A stretch of 60,707 nucleotides of DNA, the filler included, from Gonapodya sp. JEL0774 (Eukaryota), in assembly GCA_027604505.1 (NCBI GenBank). It is 11 parts of 11 records of this genome, joined end to end, with 100 filler letters (N's around TTAATTAATTAA, not from the genome) between each part and the next. Parts side by side here need not be neighbours in the genome. Positions count along the whole stretch, not along the records: positions 44,313 to 49,727 come from JADIIX010000725.1; positions 49,828 to 55,224 come from JADIIX010000726.1; positions 55,325 to 60,707 come from JADIIX010000727.1; 8 more parts are not named here. One strand, 5' to 3'. Every line of letters begins with the position of its first letter. Position 1 is the first letter of the stretch. Positions 49,096 to 60,050 of the stretch are shown here, piece after piece. The translations under genes were made by a program, and so were the position numbers. The notes beneath the pieces were generated by a model. That model was given only the letters and a program-made list of their open reading frames with translations. It searched no databases and was not told the origin of the DNA.

Positions 49096-49727
49096 GTTCT
49101 CCTGCTGAAATGGTGTAAGACCCTGTCCAAGAGGTGTAATGCAGTCTGATCACCAGAATCAATCAGAAATTGATGTCCCTCATCACTGACAAGGAATACC
49201 ATTGAATCTGGGTTGGCTGGATTGGTGGTATCAAATGAGTATGAAAACAAGTTTGAGAACTTAGTCGGAGGAGACGTATCTTTGTATTGGCCTTGCTAGG
49301 TTGGGTTAGACACAAGCAGTCCCTCTTTAGAGGGACAAAGGCCTGAATGCTCCGGCACACCCTGACCCAACCTTGGTGTTGTGGGGTGCACCCCACGTAA
49401 ATCTCTCTTCATGTTCTTGCAAGCATTGCAGAAATCACCCCAGTATGGCTCTTCAGACCAATGATCCTCAGCAAAGTGGTACACTCCACCACATTCCCTG
49501 CATTGCATTCCAAACAATCACTTGCAAGCTCCTTGACACCATCTTCACACTGTGAGTGTTTGCAGATCTTCTCACTGCTGCATTGAAACAAATAATGTCC
49601 CTGTCCCTCACAATTGACACAAATCTGCGGCGTAATGCAATCCAATGACAAATGTCCCAATCCTTCACAGTTATAACACCAAAGAGGACTCAAGCAGTCC
49701 CTCTCAAAATGGCCGATGCCACCACAA
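49096..49727 (-). mobile_element. Decayed retroelement gag-protease fragment (tandem CCHC knuckles and DSG motif), probably Ty3/gypsy-like
   Basis: CGGIGHFERDC, CYNCEGLGHLSLDC, CVNCEGQGHYLFQC, degenerate CRECGGVYH, then FLIDSG (49160-49152) after a frameshift and stop. Confidence 0.55.
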
Positions 49728-49827
49728 NNNNNNNNNNNNNNNNNNNNNNNNNNNNNNNNNNNNNNNNNNNNTTAATTAATTAANNNNNNNNNNNNNNNNN
49801 NNNNNNNNNNNNNNNNNNNNNNNNNNN
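49728..49827. other. Artificial contig-joining spacer
   Basis: N44-TTAATTAATTAA-N44. Confidence 0.98.
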
Positions 49828-51228
49828 GGAAGAGACATTCAATTCTGTTATAAGCAAGACCCAGGTGGACCAGCTGGCGAAGGTGCGAGAGGGGCGGAGG
49901 ACGAGTGATGCTAAGTAGTTGGTGTTCAGAGTTGTGGCCATAAAGAACAGAGAAATGACACGTGCCGCGAGCTCACCGATTGGCAACGAGGGAGAGCATC
50001 TCGAGGGATGCAGGGAAAGGTGGTTTACTTTGTGTGGGGGATGCTTCCTTTTGAGACGATTGCTGAGAAGTTTTGGATGGTTGACTTTTGATGGCTTTTG
50101 GGGGCGAGGTGGAGCGAGGAGATGGTCCAACAGGAGCCGGTGGAGTTGCTGTTTGGGCAGTTTTCTCAATGCCCCCAGAATGAGTCGAGGTCACTTCCGC
50201 CACACAAGTTCTACCAAGCACTCCGTCATCGTCGATTTCATTTCCCGTCAGAGAGAGTTCCACGAGACCTTCCAGTGAGCGGGTTCCCACGTCGACGGTT
50301 CGGATCCCTTTCTCAACAAGCCGGAGTGTCCGTAGTTCGAGTAGTAAAGAGTGCTCGAGCCTTGTTCGTCCATTCTGCACAGATCCGGCACCACGACTCT
50401 TCTCTTTCCGTCGTCCCGGATCCCCATCTCTCGCACCGGGCAAGGTCGGCAGTTGCAAAGCTACCTCCCTCGCGCGTATCTCCACCTCGTTCAAAACCAT
50501 TTCCTTGAGACGAACAGCCTCGTCGGACCATGATAGATCCGCATCAGAGTACGGATCGACAACGTGGATAGAGGAGAGGTGCTCGACGTCGGCTTCGGTG
50601 AGGGAAAGGGGGTTCGTGCGAGAGTTCTTGGGTGATGGCACCAGCTTGGCAACCCTTTCATTGTCTTTAGATCTAGCGAGATCCTTGGTATCTGCACGGG
50701 CGACAGTGCCCCTTCCTACAGCGTCTGCGTATCCCAGAATGACTCGAGGAACCAGATTCGCATTCGCATTTCGTGTGTCGCCACCTGAATGAGACGGAAT
50801 CAGCTGAATCGACACACCAATCGATGAATCGAGCGTGTCTGAAAGAACAGCCGTCAGACTGAATGGTGGTGGCGGGAACATACATATGTAGTTGGGGTTT
50901 CACAGCACAACGAACTCGCCATATCGCAAGGGCAGCTCCGAAGCTCCCACTGATTGCCAACAACTGAAGCAGTTTCACCCTAAACCCAATGGTGGGCGTC
51001 AAATGCCTGGCATGCTTAGGAATCTTGCATCCAAGGATGCCTTACTGACGTGATTTTCTCCGTGGCAATCTCATTCGTTTGTCGGTCCTCTCTCGACACC
51101 GGCGGATCTCCGTGACAGGCCGACTCCGCATCCTCAACCGCCGTCGCTCCCAGGCCCAACCTGAGCCCTCGTGGAGCACCAAGGTGAGTATGTGGAGAGG
51201 AAGTGGAACTGATGAGGTTGGGAGGCAT
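49828..51228 (-). CDS. Leucine-rich repeat protein, LRRC43-like, 3'-truncated
   Basis: LSWSDEAVRL, LRTLRLVEKGIRTVD..LEGLVELSLTGNEI, FPASLEMLSLVANR, LVHLGLAYNRI. 5' exons are uncertain. Confidence 0.6.
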
Positions 51229-53105
51229 GTTGGGTCATCATTGGTCGTAGGTTAATGGGGAGCACGTAAGAATGGAACGGACTCCAACCATTTCTCATTG
51301 CACATAGAAAGGAGCATGACTTTGGTGACCTGGGGAAAGGATGATTTCTGTGGTTCCGGGTCGGAGAGCTTCCCATGCGCGAAAATATTACAGCAGATTC
51401 AAGTCGGGTCGAACAAACACCGGGGTCCCGTGATTCACACGAGCACGAAGTTCTCCCGTTCAAATTTGGGGCTTGGATGATTCAGAGGAGTCATCGCAGT
51501 TATCACGACTGGCACTTAGTTGAAGGATTGAACACTTTCACTTCTACAGGCGACGACCACAACCCGCATCCCGCCCCAATGCACCTCTCCTCCAAGGTCG
51601 TGGTGGCTCTAGTGCAACAGCCATGCGGATGTACTACACAGATGATGCGCCGGGAATCAAAGTGTGAGTATGAAGTGTGTTGGGACACAGTCTCGCGAAC
51701 CTTTCTCTGGAAGTGGTGAGAGAAAGAACAAACGAGAAAAGAAGAAAAGACGCAGAGGATTCAATCGTTGCTATTTTGGGGGTTGCAATTGAAAGCTCCA
51801 GGGGCACTGACGGAGAGCAGTACTGCCAACATTGCGGAATGCCTTTCCTCTGCCGCCGTTTTGGCACCGCGTCTCACCACTCTCTTGCACACCTCTCTTC
51901 TCACCGCCGTGCAACTTGTAACCATAAAGCGACCCCATGGCTGTTCTGGTCTTCTCGATCGTCTTTGTAGCATCGGTCTTCTTTTTGCACATTGCGGGCA
52001 GGATGATGAAGTAGAACTGAGGAATGAGATGGTGCGGTGCGGGATACGAGGTTGGGGTTCCCTTCAAATACCGGCGGTCTTTGCAATCTACTATTGTGGT
52101 GTGGATGTACAGTTGATACAAGGAATACCATACTACAGCATGCAAATTAAGAACGAAATGGGTCTGGAGATCGGCACGTGTCTGAAGTTACCTTGCTTAC
52201 ATGGCGGCGAATGGTGTGGGGGACGGGGGAGCGGGGGAGCGGGGTTAGGTTGGGCGGTTGAGGCGGACTCATTTACGACGAAGACGGCCTTTGGGACAAT
52301 CACGCAATGAGGAATTTAGAGCTTGTCTCGTCTGGAAGTCTGCTCACTTGCATGTCTTCATCTATTGTCACGCGAAAGGCCAGTTGACGATGAAGTTGTA
52401 TCCACTGCGAAGAACCGACTCCACAGCCTGACTCGACGTCGAGCCTCAGAAGTTGAGCTGAAGTAAGACTCTAAAATGAAGCTCCAATGATTGTGAGAAG
52501 TGTTTTGCGGTGATGGGGCCCCGTTCGCAGTCGGACACGAGCCGACTCCCAGAGCACGCCGCGAGGAGGCCGGGCCCCATGGTGCTCCCAAAAGCAACGC
52601 AGTTCCTAGCCCCTCGCAATGATTTGCCAAGCTTCTTCGTTTGATTTCCCTCCTTTCCAAACCAGTGATTGATAAAGAATCACGAACCCTCTTGCTTTCT
52701 TCTTCCTCCGATACACCTACGACTTGAGGATCCAGTATTCCGTCCCACGTGGCCCGGCTGGAAAGTTGCGCCACGTTACACGCCTATCCCCACGCTTGAC
52801 TTACGCCTTCGGGCACACCGGCCGGATCGAAAAGCTGCACTGGCCAACGCAGTGCGCCAGTCGGCCCTCGAGCGGGCGAACCCGCGGTCAGCGCCCCTAA
52901 CTGCTGCAGAGGTCAGAAGGTAAGAGGGGTCCAGCTCGAGCGTCCCGTTGTGAGTGCTTTGGGAAAGTGTTGTTATTTGCTGTCACTGATCGAACCCTCT
53001 CCGCGTTGCTGTGGAGTTGCTGTGGATCGAGGTTGCTGTGGTGAGATGATGCTCCAGACAGTTCATTCCAATTGGCGTTCTGATTGATCATACGAGCTAA
53101 AAATC

Positions 53106-53612
53106 ATGTCGTCCTCAAGCGAAGGGAAGAGAAAACGTATTCCGGTGGACGGTGGTTCGTTCCTTACTTTCCTTCTCGACGATGGTACTCAAATAACCGG
53201 GTTCACCCCGTTTCCCTGCCTTGCGGAACAAGCTTTTTCAGGCAACCAGACGTCAAAACATCAAAGAAAAGACTCCGAGGATGGCAATGCCTCCTGCTCA
53301 ACCCATTCCGCCCACCTGGCCTCTTCCTCGTCCGGTCTCTGGATTGTTGAGCGGAGGTCTACTGAGCCTGCACTATCCCTATCGTCAATCATTGGAGTTC
53401 CTGCAGACCTCTCTGGAGCTCTTATATCTGCCCCGTCTGCAACCTTCGACCCTCCGTTATCACCGGCGATAGTTACGACTGTATTGAATACCGACAACAC
53501 AAACGTGACCAGCGCAGTGTCTTACCCCAATCGACCGACTTCTCCTCCGCAACTTTTGTCTCCAGACCACTGGCTTGCTTCATGGCCATTAATGACTCAG
53601 GTTGCTAGCTAA
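53106..53612 (+). CDS. Hypothetical low-complexity ORF, possibly a 5' exon of the downstream F-box gene
   Basis: 168-aa ATG ORF, Ser/Pro-rich, no recognisable domain. Confidence 0.3.
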   Translation: MSSSSEGKRKRIPVDGGSFLTFLLDDGTQITGFTPFPCLAEQAFSGNQTSKHQRKDSEDGNASCSTHSAHLASSSSGLWIVERRSTEPALSLSSIIGVPADLSGALISAPSATFDPPLSPAIVTTVLNTDNTNVTSAVSYPNRPTSPPQLLSPDHWLASWPLMTQVAS

Positions 53613-53710
53613 GCTGTGAACATTCCGACGGACATGTTTTTACCATAGCACCTGCGGACAAACGGTCGAGCTGCTCCTCGTTGACAGAGAATACGACAGA
53701 AAGTGGTCTC

Positions 53711-54679
53711 ATGATGCTGCGGCGGGTGCCTGGACCTGACATGGACGGAAAGGTCGAAGAATCCTCGAAAAGTGAGAGAGGAACACTGGGCCCAAGCACG
53801 TCATTTACCCCTCCCAGTTTGAGCCCAACTATCTCTACCGTCATCGGCTTGGGCGATGATTCTTATCGTACGGCAAGAACTATCGTTGCAGTGGCAGATT
53901 GTGCTCCGCTTGAGGTCTGGGAGCGAATCGTTTCTTACACCGACCCTTACACATTCTACAATCGACTACCACATGTCTCAAAAACTTTCAATCGAGCCAC
54001 ACAGAATGCAATTCCAGGGTCAAAAAATGGAGAGCGCACCGTTCTTTGCGATGTCCGCATCGTGCGGGCGCCAACTCTGGAACATACCCCGGACGATTCA
54101 ATTAAAGTGAAATACCTTAACTCATTCACATCGGTGCAAACTAGCACTGCTTGTTTGTGGGTGGGAATCGAAGTATCCGTCGGTCTTATTGCCAAGGCCG
54201 TTGGAGAAGATAGATCCGTGTCATTGGATACTCTTGTTCGACGAAAGCTGAAACTCTATTGCGAGCGAGTTGGGCAGACAGCCATTCACCTTCACTACAG
54301 ATCAGTCTCCACTATGTTCTGGCATCCGAAGGACACAATGGCAGTGTGGCTATGCCGGAAACAGGGAATTCGGAAAGTTGCCAAGTTTGTGGAGACCTTC
54401 CACGTGAAACATGTCGAAGTTCCTCACATGAATGACGTGTTCTTGTGGACCAACTACTCACTGGGAATGCGCTTTGTTGCATCGTCTGTTCGGAGTGTAG
54501 TGGTGACACAGAGATGTGTGGGGGAGCGAGAAGAGTGGCAGCGTCTTGTACTCCTCTTCCCAAATGCCAAGTTCACAACAATGCCAGAGATGGTCGAGGA
54601 TGCAAATAGTTCGGATTGGTGGGATAATGAGGGATCATCTGCACGTCGACAGATTCGCAGCACAAAAGTCAGGCATTAA
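53711..54679 (+). CDS. F-box-like protein with an unrecognised C-terminal domain
   Basis: Long open frame; APLEVWERIVSYTDPYTFYNRLPHVSKTF resembles the F-box consensus LPxE(I/V)xxxIxxYL...LxxVSKxF. Confidence 0.6.
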   Translation: MMLRRVPGPDMDGKVEESSKSERGTLGPSTSFTPPSLSPTISTVIGLGDDSYRTARTIVAVADCAPLEVWERIVSYTDPYTFYNRLPHVSKTFNRATQNAIPGSKNGERTVLCDVRIVRAPTLEHTPDDSIKVKYLNSFTSVQTSTACLWVGIEVSVGLIAKAVGEDRSVSLDTLVRRKLKLYCERVGQTAIHLHYRSVSTMFWHPKDTMAVWLCRKQGIRKVAKFVETFHVKHVEVPHMNDVFLWTNYSLGMRFVASSVRSVVVTQRCVGEREEWQRLVLLFPNAKFTTMPEMVEDANSSDWWDNEGSSARRQIRSTKVRH

Positions 54680-55224
54680 GTTTTCTGCGAAATTTCCATT
54701 ATGTCATGTAACTTTCATTTTTAGCACTCATGTCATTTATACTGTAGTAACCGCGGCGATTGATTTGTGGGAACGAAGCGAGGAATGCAACACGGAAACA
54801 GACACACTAAGATTTACTATGTACTCTGCAGAGAAGACGGTTACACCGAGAATGGCAGAACTAAAGCAGCCTGCACATTCGGAATAAGCTGAATTGGGAG
54901 TCAGCCAATCTCCTTCAGTCATTTCTGCTTCTCTGCTTTTCGTGATGCCCGCCATATATATTTATATATCAAGCTAGTATTACTCCAGACACTTTATAGT
55001 TAAAAATCCAACTATACCCGCACCGGCATTCCTTGAAAGCAATCGCCGAAAGTCTCAAAGACTTGAGTTGTCACATGCTTGATCGGCTGGACCTCACCCG
55101 CGAGGGTTTTGCCAGCGAAGATCATTGAAAACCAAGAACCTTCAGAGCAACTTTCCCCAAACCCAAACCACAACCCACGAATTCCATGTCATTCAAATCC
55201 GCACCCCTGTTCGCATCTATTTCG

Positions 55225-55324
55225 NNNNNNNNNNNNNNNNNNNNNNNNNNNNNNNNNNNNNNNNNNNNTTAATTAATTAANNNNNNNNNNNNNNNNNNNN
55301 NNNNNNNNNNNNNNNNNNNNNNNN
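55225..55324. other. Artificial contig-joining spacer
   Basis: N44-TTAATTAATTAA-N44. Confidence 0.98.
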
Positions 55325-56670
55325 GCACAAACATACCTTATCTACATTGTCCGACCCGGCGGTCCTTTGGGGTCGTCGGTCTGGGGACACGTGTGGAGAC
55401 CTACTGATGGTGGCTTGGCGGACGGTGGTGGCAGGGGGATGTGGGGAAGGCGGAGTGGGAAGGCGGCGTGTACGAGTATGAGCGTGCAAAGTACTGACCT
55501 TGGATTCTATTTTTTTTTCCGTCACCCAAACCCGATTCCCCAACCGATCTCTCACTTTCCCCACCCGCCACCACTGTTCATTCCACTCACTCGACCCACG
55601 ACCGACTGACCAACCACGCCACTCTCCCCCTCCCCTCCTCATCGGCCGTCGTTACTTGCCACGCACCTACCGCCACGGCCACCACCACAAATCGGCCACC
55701 CGCTCGCTGGCATTTATCTATGCGGGGATCCCACTCCACCGACCACCTCCCGTCCCCTCTTCACCCGAACCCCGAACCCCGAACCCCGTGGTGCAGGTTT
55801 TCCGTTGTGTGGGTTGTCCTTGGTGGTTCTTGTTTGGTGGGGATTTTTTTGGCGTAGGTCGAGTAGGCAAGGTGTTGTGTATTTCGTCCGTCTGGTCTCC
55901 CACACACTGTAGGTGTGGGGGCAAAGATGAGTGGGAAATACAATGATGGGCGCACTTATCATGTGAAACTTTTGCAAAAAGTGGGTGGATGGTGGTGGGG
56001 TGCGCGCAAGGTGGGGTAATTGTGCGGGGGTGGCGAGAGCGCACCTTATATTCCCCGGTATGGTGTGCAGGGTCTGCACTTTCCAGATTAGTGGGCCGCG
56101 TAGTAAGTCATCGCTCTCCCCGCACGCTGCCTGTCCCGTTCAAGCTTTCCCTGTGCGTTTGTTCTGTTGGGAAGACAGAACGGTACCAGTGGTCCGTACA
56201 TACACGGATCACCGTGCGATGAACTATGCGAAAGCTGGTGTGTCAGCGGGGTACGCGCGCGGTGGGCCCGATTATCTGGGCTCCAGGCGTCACATTTGAC
56301 TACGAGGCCGTGGACTGGTTCTTTACGTCGAACGGGACACAGCACCTGTTGTTTGGAGTGTACGAGTGCGCCACCTACGTATTTCAGCTCAACGGGAACG
56401 CTCATGTTCACGTTCGAGAAATGTCAGACGGCACCAGGGGACGAGCGGGACGGAACACAATGTGGATCATCAACCAGAACGCGTAGGCCCTGCATTATTG
56501 GGGCGGGGTAACTCCATATCTTTCACTTCCTCACGTTTTTAGAAATCATATCAAACATTTTCAAGAAGGAGGCAACTTAGTCCTAGTGCCGTGTATACTG
56601 GATCTACTCCGTCAGCTCATTCGAAGTGGAAGGATCGCCGGTTCAGTCCTCCAAAACACCCACTCGAAAC

Positions 56671-57292
56671 TCACAGACGATAACTTTCAACAATGCCAAC
56701 AACTTCATCGAATCCCCTGCTCTTAGCCAAGGTTACCGCCTTGCACACTGCATCGGCATCAGGGTTCGCTCCACTTTCCAAGAGCAGGCGCACAGCGTCC
56801 ACTGCACCTGCACAAACTGCGAGGCTCAGGGACTTCTCCCCGTAGATGTGTACATCAGCTCAATGATCAAGCAGGAGCGTCATCAAAGCAGGGTTCCACA
56901 TTGGGGAGCTTCTCCTCATGGAGGGTGCCAATGCCTTGCTGCAGATCCTCTCGGAGCCAGCCCCATGAGCGAGCAACAACCGCAATCAGACCGATTTGGT
57001 GGAGGATGAGAATTCAAAATGTTTGGCACCATGTGCATTGTCATCGCACAGACGGCCTGGACGACCAGATTAGCGTCGGATTCCGATCGTCCGGCCTCAC
57101 AAGTCAGAGCTTTCCACGGGATCCGGTAATGGGCGAGTGCTCGAGCGGCGATGTTTCCAGGTGTGCGGAAAATTGCCGCGACATAGCTCGAGAGGTCATC
57201 GGTGGGCAGTCCGAGGCGGAAGGGGAGAAACGATCCGATGAGGAGAATAACTTCTGGGGGGGAAGCGAGGCGAGGGGGAAGATGGATGCCAT
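56671..57292 (-). pseudogene. F-box plus ankyrin-repeat pseudogene
   Basis: MASIFPLASLPP/EVILLIGSFL with a frameshift in a C7 run (57262-57256); second shift near 56990; LRLLLAHGA..LLLDH*ADVH (TGA 56862-56860 in place of Gly)..SLSLAVCAGAVDAVRLLLESGANP..YRL*. Confidence 0.75.
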
Positions 57293-57919
57293 AGATTTTA
57301 TGTATCTCCACCGCGCGAGTCGGGGTCCACGTTTGAATATCCCGGTTGTCTACCCCACCACACGTTTCGTTTCTTTGAAGTTTTGAAGGGACTCGAAATG
57401 CTCTTGTTACATATTTTGAGAAAACACAAGTATGAAGTAAAGGTGTTCCCACTAAGACATATTGTTGTGAAACTCCTGGCATCAAATCGAGCAACGTTCC
57501 ATCACAGCACCGAAGTTTCCAGGACTGCAAAGCGGCCTTTTCACGGTGTCGAAGAACTGAACTTCACCCGCGCTTGAGGAGGGGCGGCTGAGCATTTTAG
57601 CTTTACCTGTCCTGTCCCTGATGCCCCAGAATCACCATGGTGCTCCGTTGTGAAATTGAGGGACAGAGGTAGATGAGGTCATATATTAAATAAAACTTGA
57701 AGAAGACGAGCGAAGCTTTACCCCATTCGGAAAGTCTGTCTGTGTCATGACTTGGGATGCCACCGGCTTGCTCATGTGACTGTGACGTTGTGTGTGGCTG
57801 AACCGGCATTCACCGGCAGGCGGCGGCGGGCGACCCTAAACGCCCAACAAAGACCCCGTTAGTTTTACCCGCAGAAAGCTCTTCCGGGCTGTTCAATCGT
57901 TACTGGCGCCTTCGCGTCG

Positions 57920-58654
57920 ATGGCATCCACTCCGAAAATGCACAGGCCAATTCGAAACACAAGCGTAAGCGATCGAGCCCATTCACAAGCTCGAAGCCCA
58001 CCGCAGCTCTCTCACGCTGAAACAGCCGCACGGGCTTGGGGAGAAGCACTTGTCGACGGTGACATGGAAGCTATGATGCGTGGCTACGCTTCCGGGGCGG
58101 TCGTGCGTTTCGCTGGGAACTGCGAGGGCATGTGAGTTAGGTCACAATGGGACTACAAAGCACGTTTCAAGCTGTAGTCGTGCTTGGTTTGTTGACTTTC
58201 TTATCTGCTCCTAAAACATAAAGCTTGCCAAGACTCCCAACCGATGCTGTTCGATTCTGGAGTGTCCTTGGTGCGCTTTCAAAAGCGTACAAGGTGAGTC
58301 ATGATGTCGAGCTCTCCAAAACTCAATTTTGCTGATGAAGACGCCTACTGCGCTTGAATCGGATCATTCCGCAAGGATGACATCGTGACCCGCACTCTGT
58401 GCCCCTTCAAATATTCTCACGACGAATCCACCGGGATGCTCATGTACCAGGTTTCCTTCGCCAATATCTTCGACACACACTATTCAGCAGATATATTGAC
58501 TCGGGTGAAATTCGACAGCCAGGGACGTGCTGTTGATCACGTGTTTTTCGCAGGGGAAACGAAGCAGCTGGACAAAGTGCTGACAGAATGCGCGAAAACC
58601 AGTGACGTCAAAGAACTTCTGCGAGATATGGGCCTCGAAACTCTGGGTGCATGA
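57920..58654 (+). CDS. SnoaL/NTF2-like protein, tandem copy A (3 exons)
   Basis: AARAWGEALVDGDMEAMMRGYASGAVVRFAGN..|..VRFWSVL..K|..ILTRVKFDSQGRAVDHVFF; NTF2-like pattern; in-phase GT-AG introns. Confidence 0.65.
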
Positions 58655-58924
58655 GTTATGCTCCAGTACGTCGCGCATGTCCTCGAGAGCTTTGCTGTTG
58701 GATTGGGAGAGATGAAGGTCAATCGATTTGTCTTCACGCATCACGAATAACCATCTAATTGTATGTAGACGGCACACACACACAAATCATCTCACGGTAG
58801 TTTTCACTTTTCATAGAATGGGAACTTGCATGGAAAACTCCGAAGTGTTTCCGCGGCCCGCGCAATATACTCGTAAAATACACACGATTATAGGGACCCA
58901 CAATCACTTCAGCGCGGATGCTGC

Positions 58925-59658
58925 ATGATGACCGCCGCTCCAAAATCCGTCTTCCGCTTGGAAGATCGCGCTGATACAGCCCCCCAGCTACCGGTTGAGG
59001 CATCAACATCTCAATACTTCCCGCGAACACTGAAAGGAAAACTTGCGTACGATCGGATCCGAGCAGGGTTTCTATCGTTCATTTCAGACACGGATGACAA
59101 GCGCGGTGAGGTTCTCCTTCGGTCATTCAGCTTATCGATCGCTGGTGACGGTGGTGGCCCGTTGACCCGGTGAATCGATTGCCCCCGTTCTGCACGAAGC
59201 CTTTTGGGATTCGTACGCGGAAGACGCAGTGACCTATTTTGCAGGGAAATCTAAATAGTAAGTCTACAATCCGTGCGGATGGAACATTCCGGGTTCTTGC
59301 TAACAGTACCTTCGTATTTCGGGGGGTCACTGAACAGTCTTTCTCTGTATCCACGGCGCTCCAAACTCTTTTGGGGAATATTTTTTGTACTAGTGGAACA
59401 CGGGATGAAGGTACAGTTCAGCCAGACAGAGTGCATCCAACCGCATTGATCCCCCCGGATCCCACGAATGGCAGGAGATTGTGAGCAACCCTGCAGTAGA
59501 ACTCGTCGTCTGGGACGATGGTCACGCATTATGACGAGGCCTTCTTTTGTGAGAATCTTTCGGGACTTGACGCTTGGACCGGAGAGCTTTTTCGAATTCC
59601 ACAAGTTCAAGCGGAAGTGTGGGAGAAGTTTGGGATTGATTTGAGTGTAATACCATGA
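58925..59658 (+). CDS. SnoaL/NTF2-like protein, tandem copy B (possibly internally deleted)
   Basis: SVFRLEDR..FISDTDDKR|AFWDSYAEDAVTYFAGKSK|YLSLYPRRSKLFWGIFFVLVEHGMK|NSSSGTM..AFFCENLSGLD..EKFGIDLSVIP*. Confidence 0.6.
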
Positions 59659-60050
59659 GCGTCTTGGAGCGAGCTGGAGATGTGGTGCAAGGTCGACTGG
59701 AACCCGAAGAGCTGATACCCTGGTACAAAAGGCTTTCCTTGTTTCGAGCTTTTTAGAGACATTTCCAAGTTTATTCGAAACAAATGTGTATATCATGTAC
59801 AATTGCAATCCGATTGGAACGGGTATTGGTATCGTGGAGTAATGTATGCTGGCACTGCACATTAATGCTCGTACGGTGAATTCGATTTGGGTTAGGAACG
59901 CTCCACGCAACTTCTTGAGAGTAACATCGACATGGTGACACCTTTGTTTGCAAAGGCTCAAGTTGGGATCAGGCTGATCATCAGGCAGCACAAAAGCACA
60001 CTCCCGCTTTGCCCCCTCGTTCTTACCGCAGAGTTTATCGCTTTCGAACT

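Noticed and set aside
51300..53050. Overlapping 60-180 aa ORFs on both strands
   Set aside because: No domain, motif or supporting splice pattern; left unannotated.
55150..55180. CCCAAA-like repeats near a contig end as a telomere
   Set aside because: Only two to three imperfect units, and not at the terminus.
45578..56862. In-frame TGA codons as selenocysteine or an alternative genetic code
   Set aside because: They occur only in decayed elements and pseudogenes alongside frameshifts; intact genes use TGA as a normal stop.
59251..59991. 246-aa minus-strand ORF
   Set aside because: Overlaps the better supported plus-strand SnoaL-like copy B and has no protein-like features.
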